A stretch of DNA of 64,000 nucleotides from Picochlorum sp. SENEW3 (Eukaryota), in NCBI GenBank assembly GCA_034226945.1, contig CP120462.1, positions 62,001-126,000 on the forward strand, given 5' to 3'. The notes under the pieces are model-generated. The model saw only the letters and a list, made by a program, of their open reading frames with translations. It was not told the DNA's origin and did not search any database. Shown piece by piece: positions 33,521-45,383 of the stretch; position 1 is the stretch's first letter; each line of letters begins with the position of its first letter. Made by a program: the position numbers and the translations under genes.

Positions 33521-34915
33521 ATGGTGGAGATGAGTGACAAGAAAATTGTTGATCTGACATCCTTGTCTGATGACGACAATAAGGAGGAGGAGGAAGATGT
33601 GATGAATTTGGTGAGCCCTGATACCACCAAGGGTGGTGGTACGGTTGAGGAGGATGTAGATGCTCGGGCCAGTAGATTGCGTGATCAGCTGGCAGCGAGG
33701 GCTAAATCTATGCGGCATTTGGTGAATTTGGGGAAGGAGATGCGCCGGGGGTTGGTGCCAGGTGGAAGGCAGCAGCAGCAGGAGGAAGAGGTTGGGGTGG
33801 TTGCTGAGCATGAGGGAGGGTCTCTGGCCTCTGAGAAGGACACGCCAAGGGATCAGAAGACTGAGAAATCTCGCGCTGCAGAGGAAAGAAAGCTTGAGCG
33901 AGCAAAACTTGCAGAGGAAAAGAAACAGGAAAGAGCCAAACTTCAAGAGGTGAAGAAACTGCAGAGGCAGGTTTTGAGTGAAAAGTATGTTTTGAAATTC
34001 ATCCAAGTTGTTATGACCCCAGAATTGATGAGTCAGCCCCTTGGACTCGCGATAGGGCAGGCATTTCAGAAAACTGCAGAGAAGGCAGAGCATGAGCGCA
34101 TTTCATACAAGGTGGCTTCCATAGAGCAGTATGGTAATCATCCCATGCTTGCGTGGAATAGGATTGAACCGGATAGTGACAACGGAGGTATGCTGGAGAG
34201 CGAGGAGCCTTTTGCCATGATTTGCTTGGAAGGTAAAGACATGATTGAGAAGATTGGAAATGGATGGATGGATGCCATGTTGAATGGTGTGCCACAAGGG
34301 CACCGTGTCCACATTCTCGTGCACCGTTTGGAACAAAGCATGCGACAACGAGAGGCAGAGGATCATAGGGAAGCGATGAGCCAAAATTCCTTGTCACAGG
34401 CGCCTAGATTTATGGCATCATCTGTGGAAAATTATATGACCTCGCTGTTGGTGGAGCGTGCGGATGTCGATGTGTTTGATGCTAGCAGTCTTGAGGAGGC
34501 ATCCAATCATGTTCTTGCAATAACTCGTGCAATAGCGATGCGACATATTGATGTTGGATCTGGAGCAAAGTATCTACAAGGAAAGTCAAAACGTAGGAAT
34601 GGATCGACGAATTTAGAAACGTTGTTGGTCTCGAGGCCCTTGGCAAGAGATGACATGTTGTACCCCATTAGAGCACTGTGTGCTTTGCCCTCTATTGGAC
34701 CAGTTTCAGCGCATGCGTTGGTTGAGGAATACACAAGCTTCAAAGGCATTTTTGAAATGCTAGATGATCCTCGAACAAGCAGAATACAAAAAGAAAAGGA
34801 ATTGGAAAATATGGTGGGATCGAATGGCCGGAGGGTGGGGCCAAAAGCGGCAAAGCAGATTGTCAACCTCTTCTCATCTGAAGACCCAAATACGCAATTG
34901 ACTGATTCACAATAA
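33521..34915 (+). CDS. EME1-like crossover-junction endonuclease subunit (degenerate ERCC4 plus HhH)
   Basis: Charged coil (ERKLERAKLAEEKKQ), EEASNHVLAITRAIA, ALCALPSIGPVSAHAL, LENM...RRVGPKAAKQIVNLFSSEDP. Confidence 0.7.
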   Translation: MVEMSDKKIVDLTSLSDDDNKEEEEDVMNLVSPDTTKGGGTVEEDVDARASRLRDQLAARAKSMRHLVNLGKEMRRGLVPGGRQQQQEEEVGVVAEHEGGSLASEKDTPRDQKTEKSRAAEERKLERAKLAEEKKQERAKLQEVKKLQRQVLSEKYVLKFIQVVMTPELMSQPLGLAIGQAFQKTAEKAEHERISYKVASIEQYGNHPMLAWNRIEPDSDNGGMLESEEPFAMICLEGKDMIEKIGNGWMDAMLNGVPQGHRVHILVHRLEQSMRQREAEDHREAMSQNSLSQAPRFMASSVENYMTSLLVERADVDVFDASSLEEASNHVLAITRAIAMRHIDVGSGAKYLQGKSKRRNGSTNLETLLVSRPLARDDMLYPIRALCALPSIGPVSAHALVEEYTSFKGIFEMLDDPRTSRIQKEKELENMVGSNGRRVGPKAAKQIVNLFSSEDPNTQLTDSQ

Positions 34916-34945
34916 ATAAAAATTGTAAATTATTGAATAAGGTAA

Positions 34946-37900
34946 CTACGAATGCTCTTTTTCTCGGAGCAATTTCTGATACACCTGCTTCAATTTTTCC
35001 CCGCTCATGGAGTTCTCTGTAAATCTGCTCACAAACTGCCAATAGGGTAGCTTTGCTGCGTCATCCTCACAAATCTCATCTATTCGCTCACCAATAGATT
35101 CCATGTATTTTCGTGTTTTGTTGACCACTGTAGATGCGCCCATTTGTGAGCCTTTGCGCTGAATCGTCCTGAGTTTTCGAACAAGAACCATTGTTGTGTC
35201 ACCCAACTCTTTTCCAAAACTCTCATCGGATCTCTCCTCCTTCACAGGCACTGGCTGGTCTTGTCTTTTACGTTTTTGAGGTCTTGTCGACTTTTCCAAG
35301 TGCCTTAAAATGCCATACACCCTCGTCTCCAAATGGGAAGCTTTTGGAAGGGCTGAAGGTGCAGCATCAGGGAAAACAGCTGGTGAAATTTTGTCAGCAA
35401 TACTCAAAGATGGATCATTGTATATTCTGCAGCATGACCTCCGTTATTAAATCAATACAAATTGGTTATCATGGATTTTTGACGTACCTGGCCCATTCTC
35501 CTACCCCGTAGCGGTATGCTCCAATGAGGAGATCAGAGTCATCTTCAATGGTCCATCCACAACCTCTCATCCAAGCGGTGACGGCAGGAACCTCGCCAGG
35601 GAGCAGTGTGAATTTAATACGCTTTTTGGTATCTTCATCAAGGCCTTGCTCATTGGCAATTGCACTGATCTTTTCATCGAGAACTCTCATCTGTCTTGCT
35701 AATGCCAAAATGTCCCTGGCCTTGACATCCACACCAAAGAAATCCAAATGGGCCTCAGGTGGCCTTGCACGAGGGCCTGAACCTACTGTTTTCTCAAATG
35801 CCAATGGTCCAAGTCTTGCGTGAAACGATTCCACAGCTTTCTCACATCCTCTGAGCAATCCATACCATAAAGCCTGTAATGGCGCTAGATCAAGCACGGT
35901 AAGTGCACCCCCGACATCATTTGCTAATTCTCTCAACTTGAACGCATGGGGATATTTTTTGAAACATTTAATGAACTGAAGAGCATCTTTCTTGCTCAGT
36001 GTGTGCGGAAAGTTCTGCGGCCTAGGTGCAGATTCATCAGCCACCAATCTGCCTTCAGAGTCAACTGCTTGTGGCCATCTGTCGATTCGCAATTCTGCAC
36101 CAGCAATAGGGGGGCCCGGCATGCCTTTGCTCGCGCTTTTCTTCTTTTTAGAAGACCCAAGTTTGATTTTAAGGCCCTCAGATGGCTTGTTTGAGGCCAT
36201 TTCCATGGTCTTGAGCCTTGCAGTCCTGATACCTGGGTCCTGGTGAACCTCTTCCTCCTGTTTGGGGCGCATGTTCTCTGGGATCAACCGATCCCAGAAT
36301 GCTGCATCATCTTCCTCGCTCTTAAATGTAGCAACTTTGAATGACGACAGTAGGTCTGAGGCAGCTCCCTGACCTGATCCCTCTGTAGCATGCTCAATTT
36401 CCTCTGCCCTTGCTAGAATGGCATCCAGGTCCTCATCAGTCATTGATGTGCCATCAGTCTGTTTGCCTGCATCCTCACTCTCCGTTTTGAACAAATCTTC
36501 GGCACCAAATTTCAATATAGCTGCTAGCTCATCCTTTTTGAACATCTTTGCCCCAGCTGCTGCAGCCCCAGAGTCAGAGCTGTTACCCAACACAGTACGC
36601 CCTGAGGTATCCATCTTTTGGATCACAAGATGATCCAAGACCATCTTACTTTTTGCTCGTTCTAAAATATCTTCTTCTACAGATCCACCTGTGACAAGTC
36701 TATAAATATTCACGGCATCCTTTTGACCGATTCTGTGAGCCCTTGCCATGGCCTGGAGGTCATTCTGTGGATTCCAGTCCGAATCAAAAAGAAGCACTGT
36801 ATCTGCTGTGGCAAGATTGATGCCTAGACCGCCAGCCCGCGTTGATAGCAAAAATGCAAAATCCTGAGAGTCGGGCGCATTGAATCGCTCCATTGCCTGA
36901 TGTCTTTTGTTTGATGGTGTTGAGCCATCCAGCCTCTGATGTCTGTAGCCCCGCCTGTTCATGTATTCGCTGATTATATCGAGAACTTTGACCATCTGAG
37001 AAAATATTAGGACTCTGTGTCCTGTCTCTTTCAGTCTGCCGAGAAGTTTGTCGAGCAGCACCATTTTCCCAGAGGTCACCACCAAGTTTGTGATGATATC
37101 TTCAGCATTCCCTGTGGTTGCCTGATATGTTTCACGTGCCGTGTCGAATAAAAACGGATGATTGCAGCATTTTTTTAGGTCAACAATAATATTGAGTAGT
37201 TTTATCTGTGACCCCTTGGCGTTCTGCAGCAAGGAAATCTTCGATGAAAGCATGACATCCAAGCATTTCCAAACAAGCAAACAAACATACCTTGTTCAAC
37301 TGAGCAAAATTCCGCGTCAGTATCCATTTATAGTACTGCTTCTGCAAAGGCGTCATTGGTACGCGCAGAATTCTCTCTCTCTTCGGAGGAAGACTTTTTT
37401 CTACGTCCTTGATGACTCGACGCAACAAGTGTGGCCTGAGAACCCCATGAAGCTTCTCCACACTGTTTGGATCCTTCAAATCATATGTCTGCTCGAACGT
37501 ATCACAAGAAGGAAACTTTCCGGGATGTAGGAAGTTCAACAAAGCCCAAAGCTCCCTGATATTATTCTGCAGCGGAGTACCAGTCACCAGCAACTTTGAC
37601 TTGAATGTCCACTGACTCAACTCTCTGTACAATGCTGATTCGCTATTCTTCAACCGATGCGCTTCATCAACAATCAATGCGCTCCATCTAATATTCTTCA
37701 GCGTCTCTGAATCTTTCAAAACCATCTCAAACGTTGTGATCAAGGCATCAAACTTAACATGCCGCCCTGGAACAGATGCTTTTGTTGGAAACTCGAAATG
37801 TCGAATCACCTCTCGGGAAGACCCGTTTCCAACATACACGAGCGTGTTCACTCCTGGAATCCATTTTGAGAATTCTTTTGACCAGTTTGGAACTGTAGAA

Positions 37901-39057
37901 AGAGGTACGACCACCAATACTGGCGGTCCAATCATCTGAACCTCTGACACATACCCCACAAAACTAGCACACTGAATTGTCTTACCCAATCCCATTTCAT
38001 CGGCCAAGATCCCATTGACACCTCTCGACCAATTATACACCATCCAATTCAATCCGCTCAATTGATAATCCCTCAACGTACCACACTTAAGGTATCCCGG
38101 CTGCTCTGTAAGGGCTCGGTGTCCACTCGATAAGAATGTCTTGCGTGCCATATCCACACTCTGCCGAGGCTGCAGCGCCTTTAGCTCTCTCTTTCTATAT
38201 TCGTCAATTTTATCCTGAGCTCCCGCATCAATCAAGTCCTTTGCAGATTCCCACGTCGCGTCCGCATACGGAAGACCACTCCATTTCACGAGGTACTGCT
38301 CAACATTTTCCTCACCTCCCTCTGTTGTGTGATATCCATGTTCAGCACGTTGAGATGCTGCATGCAAACGCTCCCCAAATACCCTTTCAACCTGCTTATA
38401 CTGTTGCACAATCTCTTCCTCCATAGATTGACGCCAATCAACCTCCTCCAACTCTTCAACAGTCATGTGTGTCCTCTTTGCTGCCAATGCATCAACCCTT
38501 TTGCAATAATTCAAAACCCTTTTGAACCCTCCAAGCATAGACAGCGTCTGGTACGTATCCCATGAATTATGAATATGCGAGCACCTTGCCCATTTAACAT
38601 AAAACTGCCAAAACTTCCAAGCTTCTGGTCCTGTCAGAGGTATTTTGTTGTACTCCCCCTCAAACGCATGAGCGTTTGGTGCCTCCCTGTGAGTGATCAC
38701 CATCTCCACCTCATCATCCATTGCAGCCAAGTCTTCCTCACTCAGTAACACAGGGGCAATCAATTTCCTCCTCTTTGCCAGCTCTGCCTGTCGCAATGCC
38801 TCCTCTTCATCATCTGTATTCATTTCGTATATTTGCTCCTGCTCCTCCTCTGGGGCAGACGAGGACACCTGTCCAGCGCTGTTGAGCACTTTAAGCTTGA
38901 GCTTTGTCCTCACTCCATTCTGCTGATCGTTCACATCGCCATCATCATCGTACGCATATCTACCCACAGGGCCACCGACACCGCTCTGTTGACCAGGGCC
39001 CTGTTCGTGCTCCCATCTCTCCTCTGACTCACCTTTCGACCCCATCATCATCTCCAT
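34946..39057 (-). CDS. CHD1: CHD1-type chromodomain SNF2 chromatin remodeller (3 exons)
   Basis: Tandem chromodomains (FYVKW..SHIHNSW; YLVKWSGLPY..ATWE), ILADEMGLGKT, DEAH, DSDWNPQNDLQAMARAHRIGQ, SLIDE-like WTIEDDSDLLIG. Introns near 37290-37224 and 35487-35428. Confidence 0.93.
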
Positions 39058-39420
39058 AAACTTCTATGAAATAATCTATCAAATATTCGTATGTACAGCC
39101 TCTCCATTGACCCAGCAGTCTACGCACATGATCCGTCTCAGCCGATTCTTCCTAAATTTTGGCTCCTACGTTCGTATCGTGGGTATATATAGCCACTACG
39201 ATCGTAGTATACAAAGATAAATACAATGCGCCGGAAAGGATGGGACGCCGGGCAAAAGAAGAGAGTTCGATTCCGTAAATGAATCATATATATGACCCAT
39301 TTCAAGAATTGATCAATCGATACGTGTACATCTATGCGAACTTACACATTCTCAAACAAACAAAACATGTCTCGTCAATTCATACGACTCGTACTAGTTC
39401 TTCGCACTATGAAACCATGC

Positions 39421-40459
39421 CTAGTACTTGAAGTCTACACTGACACCATACTTTGGTGCCTTGCTCAAATCCTTGGCATCAAACTGTCCAGAAAGCGCCA
39501 GCTTGCTCTTTCCTTCCAGAGTCTGCTCGTGAAGCACAGACACAATACCTGTGTGCTGAACCTTGACCTTTTGGAGAGCGCCAGAGGGCAATCTGCGGGC
39601 CACCCCAGCAGCCATGGAGGTTTCGGCAGAGTCCAAGTTCCTCACAATCTCTGCTCCAACAGTCACATCTGGGGTCACGGAATGAGCAATCAGCGCAGAA
39701 ACATCCTTCTTATCACTGAAAGTTGCCGCCACCTGGTAATCGAGAGCAGCATATCCAAATCCTACCTTCCAGGAGGACACCAGCCCCTTGGCAGCATCAT
39801 AGGATCCCTGTCCACCCACAACCAAGTCTCTTCCCTTGACGTCCACGTTCGACGTCACGGCCACATCCATCAACGGAGTCGCAGACAAGGTAGATCCAGC
39901 CTTCAACGAAACATGTGGAACCACATACTCCAGGCCAAGCTTGCCAGACCCAACATCTGGAAGAGATCCAGACAAAGTCACATTCAACCCAGGCACCACC
40001 TTCTTTCCGGTCAATGCCAACCCCACCTTTCCGCTTGCCTGAGCAAGAGATGTCACCAACTTGAAATGAGGATTATCATAGGTCGCCTTCACCTCTGGCA
40101 CGAAAGCATCCTCCTTCTGGACTCCCTTGAGAACAAAATCCATGCCATCTGCAGTCTTGGTACTCAACGATACCACGTTCGAGTACTGATAAACACCATC
40201 ACGTCCTCCATATAACACATCTGTACAAAACACGAGTGAATTCGTGACAACATTCGACAACCAACGGGCACGGCGTTGTTGATGATGGGACGAACCACCG
40301 ACAGGACACGATACCAAACCCAAACCCCATCAGATACTGTAAATTTCTATCCGTAATATCACACGCATGCCTATATCCGAAACCGGTATGGTATGGCAGA
40401 GACCGTCACGTACCTCGTGCCGTTTTCCCGAGATCTCCAAAGAATGGTGCTGGTGCCAT
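39421..40459 (-). CDS. VDAC: Mitochondrial outer-membrane porin
   Basis: Exon 1 MAPAPFFGDLGKTAR spliced to DVLYGG; amphipathic beta strands; terminal PKYGVSVDFKY. Confidence 0.9.
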
Positions 40460-40519
40460 GATCGATAACAGATATGATTTTATAATAGAGTAAAATTGAT
40501 TTTTAAATAGATCGGGCAG

Positions 40520-41107
40520 CTAGGCTCGTGTGGATTGGATTGGAGAATCTTCACCTGCTGTTGTTGTTGTTGCATGTTCACCTACCACAGCGACAGATGC
40601 ATCAGTCGTTTTGATGCTGCGACCAGCTTCGCCTGCGACCCAGAATGCCATCTGGAAGACTGCCCATACGCCAATGGCTGCCACAAGAACGGCACCGCCT
40701 GCCCCGGCACCCATGGCTGTAATGGTGGTGAGCACACCAGGTGGTTGCTCTGGGGGATGTTCTGTTGCTCCTGGCATGGTTGCCTGGTCTTCGCCGCGAG
40801 ACTGGTCTTTTCCTTGATGCACATGAGCGGATGATGCAATCATTCTGCTGTAGCATCCAGTCCTGAGCACGTGTAGAGATTGTTCATGCATGCTGTAACC
40901 TACACGAAATAATTTGCTGGCCATGGCAGCCTCTGCTGTGCCACTTCCTGCTGCTGACCCATGATACTGCCTACTTGAAAGAGCTTGTGTGACCCACGAT
41001 CGGCTCTGCTGCTGTGTTGCTGTGGCTTGGACGGGAGCAGCGCACTCGAGCCAAGAGAGCAGGGTGGTGGACAGGTCCTTTGCGCTGCGACGCCGGGCTA
41101 TATTCAT
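40520..41107 (-). CDS. Hypothetical protein with a mitochondrial-type presequence and one TM segment
   Basis: 195-aa ORF, Arg/Ser-rich N-terminus, hydrophobic GAVLVAAIGVWAVF. Confidence 0.55.
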   Translation of the reverse strand: MNIARRRSAKDLSTTLLSWLECAAPVQATATQQQSRSWVTQALSSRQYHGSAAGSGTAEAAMASKLFRVGYSMHEQSLHVLRTGCYSRMIASSAHVHQGKDQSRGEDQATMPGATEHPPEQPPGVLTTITAMGAGAGGAVLVAAIGVWAVFQMAFWVAGEAGRSIKTTDASVAVVGEHATTTTAGEDSPIQSTRA

Positions 41108-41373
41108 GCTCTCGTCAAGGATTGTGCATGATACTACTCAATTTGCTATGAATGATATTTCAACTGGAGAGGGCCGCGAGTTGTATTGCGATGCTTGGTC
41201 ATTTTTGTGGTTTTCTAATTCGTGGAGCATGGAATTAAAAACTTGCCAACGTTGGCCCAGATTTCAAGCCATTGGTCAATAACAGTCATTGGTTGGGAGG
41301 ATTCCTGGACGGAACACGACGCTGGATTGTTATGAAAACGATATAATATTATTTTTTAAGAGCGAATACCGTA

Positions 41374-43295
41374 ATGGCTGATACGACGAGTGGTGGAATA
41401 CGGCGTAGTATTCTTCCCAAACAGAAGAAGACTTTGGGGAAGGAAGACACAAGGACAGAGTGTCGTGACGCTGCAAAGGAGGTGGATGTGACTGGGTTGG
41501 GAGAATACGTGGTGTATGATTATACAAAAAGATTCTTTCGACCTCTGAATTCTGTTCGCGGTGCTGTAGAGGCCGAAGAAGAGGATGAGGTGGAGCAGCA
41601 TGCATGGACGGATCCAGACAGCACAAGGAAGAGCAATGCGACTCATCGATTGCGACTCTCCGCAAAGGTTTGGACGCAAAAGAGTCTATGCTATGATTGT
41701 TGGACGAGCTGCGATCGGGTGACTACTGTGGATAGATGCGTAGGTGAAGGGGTGGATGGGGTTCGGGGATTAGGAGGGGGTTGCATGAAGGAGTTGGGGC
41801 GGGTTTTGTTTCTGAACAGTGATCCGGACGCTTTTCGCGATTTCTTGGTACGTTGTTTATACATATGTATACATATGTATGTCTAGAAATTCAAGTACAT
41901 TCTTCGATGTAGATGTGGAATGATCCCGTGGATGATTGCCAGCCCATGCATGGAACACTACTTCCGTTATGGGATGTATCATGCCGTGCTATGGATGGCG
42001 ATAAAGCATCATCGTCGTATGATCAAGGAATGCAGATCACAGCGATGTGCTTTGACCCGAATAATCATGATGTACTTGCTGTGGGGCTGGGTTCGCTGGA
42101 ATATGAGCACAGCAGTATTGGTGGACGGGTTTCTGTGTATGGGTTGCTCGACCTTCACCGGCCTCATTTTACGATTGAATTGCAATCTGGAGTAACAAGT
42201 CTCGCATTTGGACCTGATGGATGGCTTGCAGTGGGATGTCAGGATGGTGGTGTGGTGGTCATGTGTCCTCGTCGAGGAAGTACATCATCATCTTCATCAT
42301 CACATACAGGATTGATCGATCGAGAGTCATATACGGTGCTTCCGTGTCGACTAGACCAGCATCATGTGTTTCCTGTATGGCATGTTTCTATGTTTCTCAG
42401 TCAAGAAGAGGAGGACCATGCTGTAGTGATGATTCGTTCCGTATCACAGGATGGGGTTGAAGGGATCTGGTCATGCCAGATGAATGATGATGATGAATGT
42501 GTGCATCGTCTCCAATCCAGTATCATCGGAGTAGAGAATAGTACATCTGAGTACGATCCGGGCATTTTTCTCAAAGCATCGAACACAGACGTCTTCCAAG
42601 CAATCTCGTGTGCTGATAGGAGGGATGGCGTAGCAGTGTATGGCACTCTGAATGGACACACCATGTCCATGACAAGCACATCTCCCACCCATCACATGGC
42701 CCCAGTACAATCAGTATCTATCAATCCTTTCGACGCAACATACTGCCTGTCAGCGTCATTGGATTGGACAGTGTCTATACGCAATTCACAGACACTTGAG
42801 AGCAAGCTTGACATTGACATTGGCCAGCCAGTCACAGATGCTCAGTGGAGCCCTCAAGCCTCCACAATCCTAGGTGTCATCACCAGATCAGGAGATGCTC
42901 TTGTGTATGATGTATCAGTGAGTAAAGAAGTACCACTCTGTCATCAGCGAATCTCAGGCACAGATTCCCTGACCAAGATTCTTTTTCATAGGCGGGATCC
43001 CCTCCTGTTGATTGGTACAACTGGGTACGCCTTATATATATATATATATGTGTGTGATCATCGTGACATCCAATATTTGCATGAACCACATATACACACC
43101 CCTGTGTGCAGAGGACGCATTGTATGCATGAAGCTCTCCCCCAACCTACTATGCAGAAAGCAGGCAGACGATTCTGCTGATTTTGCCTTTCTTGATGACG
43201 ATGGAGAGGATTCCGTGAAGCCAGCACATCGACCCATCCTTCCAGTGGAAGAACAGATCGATATACTGCACGACACACTCAAACACCCCTATTGA
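41374..43295 (+). CDS. Divergent axonemal dynein intermediate chain IC1/IC78 (ODA9/DNAI1-like) WD40 protein, multi-exon
   Basis: Spliced ...DAFRDF-MWNDPVD...GTLLPLW, DVLAVGLGS, LSASLDWTV, DAQWSP..ST, KLSPNL all resemble DNAI1-family motifs. Confidence 0.7.
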
Positions 43296-43342
43296 AGACG
43301 GATAGATACGCGTTGTTACACATTGTAAAGACATGTAGGATA

Positions 43343-43871
43343 TTATGCAGTGGCTTCCTTCAAATACGCGATGATATCCGCGCGATCCTGCTCCTTCTTG
43401 AGACCAGCAAAGACCATCTTTGTTCCTGGAATATACTTCTTAGGGTTCAACAAGTATTCATACAACGTCTCTTCACTCCACACAATGTTCTTGTCCTTGT
43501 TGGCCTTACTGTAGGAGTATCCATCTGCAGATCCAGTATGTCTGCCAAAGAGTCCTCCCAAATTTGGACCCTACATGATAATGGTATTGATATCTTTTGT
43601 CAATGAATCGTGTGCGTGCTTGGTATGGAGAGAGATCGAACCACGAACCTGCTTGTGCCCTCCTCCCTTTTCTGCCACGTGACACTGAGAGCACCTGCAT
43701 CATTGACGGTGTATCCAGTCATTTCAACAGAAAATCCTCATGCTATTTTCATCCTAAACAAGATCGGTTGCTCAGTGTTTCAAAGAACCCCATCCGCACG
43801 CACTTGGTCTTGAAGATTTTGGCACCTTTGGCCGCATTTCCTCCTGGGGCTTCAGCGAAATTGGTCGACAT
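43343..43871 (-). CDS. CYC1: Cytochrome c, mitochondrial (3 exons)
   Basis: [23 protein letters not shown] | [16 protein letters not shown] | PNLGGLFGR...[15 protein letters not shown]. Confidence 0.96.
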
Positions 43872-44109
43872 GATGAAAGAATAATGAATAATAAAATTTC
43901 AGAACTACCCCAGCAAGCATCGGCATTTTGCAGGTAGAGTCCCGCTGCCCCAGGGTATTGTGATGGGCTGCAACATTGAGACAAGATTCTCCGGACAAAC
44001 ACATGCGTTGACCGGTGGAAGTCGAGACTGCAGGTATCATGCGGAATCTTACGAGTATAGCCACTGAACCTTACGGTGGTGCTTTTGCATAAACAAAGAT
44101 TCGTTCAGT

Positions 44110-45352
44110 ATGAGAAAATCTGCCATTTCAGCAATCGTTCGAGGAGGTCAGGACCTCTTGTACGCTTCAAGCAGCAGAGGGTACAGCAGTGGAGTCAAAC
44201 CGATCACTGCAACCCTGTTTCCTGGGGATGGTGCGTGAAAATATCAATCAACATGACATTGAAACCATTGGTACAAGCGATGGTGTCAAATGCGGCGATG
44301 CATGGGTATTGGGGTTGAAGCGATGCATAGGGCATGTCATGTGCGTGACTGATGGTACTCATTCTGCTCTTATGTGTGCAGGTATTGGTCCTGAGATTGC
44401 TGAATCAGTGAAAGAGATCTTCAAGGCAGCGGAGGCCCCGATCGAATGGGAGGAGCAGCATATTGGCAAGGAGGTCGATCCTCGCACAAACAGTTTCATT
44501 ACTCGCGAGAATTTGGATTCGGTGCTTCGAAATAAAATTGGACTGAAAGGGCCAATGACTACACCGATCGGGAAGGGATTCAGATCGTTGAATCTGACCC
44601 TGAGAAAGGAGTTGCAGCTGTATGCAAATGTTCGGCCTTGTTTGTCCATTCCCGGGTATAAAACTCGGTATGATGATGTCAATCTGGTGACTATTCGTGA
44701 GAATACAGAGGGTGAATATTCTGGATTGGAGCATGAGGTGGTGCCTGGAGTTGTGGAGTCTCTCAAGGTGATTACCAAAAAGGCGAGTGACAGAGTGGCT
44801 GAGTTTGCATTCAAGTATGCTGTGGCCAATGGGCGTAAGAAGGTCACTGCTGTGCACAAGGCAAATATTATGAAGCAATCTGATGGTCTTTTTATTAAAT
44901 GTTGCCAGGAGGTTGCGGAGAAGTACCCAGCTATCGAGTATGAGGAGATGATTGTGGACAACACATGCATGCAGCTGGTTTCCCGCCCTACCCAGTTCGA
45001 TGTGATGGTGATGCCAAACTTGTACGGTGATATTATCTCTGATTTGAGTGCGGGGCTTATTGGTGGATTGGGATTGACGCCAAGTGGAAACATTGGGGCA
45101 GACGGGCTGGCTCTCATGGAGGCAGTCCATGGTACTGCTCCAGATCTTGTGGGCAAGGATGCTGCGAATCCCACAGCGCTGCTGTTGTCTGGTGTGATGA
45201 TGCTTCGTCATTTGAATCTGACCGAACATGCTGATAGAATTGAAAAGGCGACGTTGGGAACGATTGCCGCTGGGAAGCATTTGACCAAGGATTTGGGAGG
45301 AAACAGCGGTACATCTGACTATACCAAGGCTATCATTGGAAATCTCAAGTAA
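44110..45352 (+). CDS. NAD-dependent isocitrate dehydrogenase, catalytic subunit, mitochondrial (1 intron)
   Basis: Exon 1 ends ATLFPGD and splices to [42 protein letters not shown]. Confidence 0.95.
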
Positions 45353-45383
45353 TCTTCTCTGTTGTTGCAATGATATGTATAAA

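Noticed and set aside
41859..41880. ACATATGTAT tandem palindromic repeat
   Set aside because: AT-rich simple repeat inside an intron, explicable by slippage.
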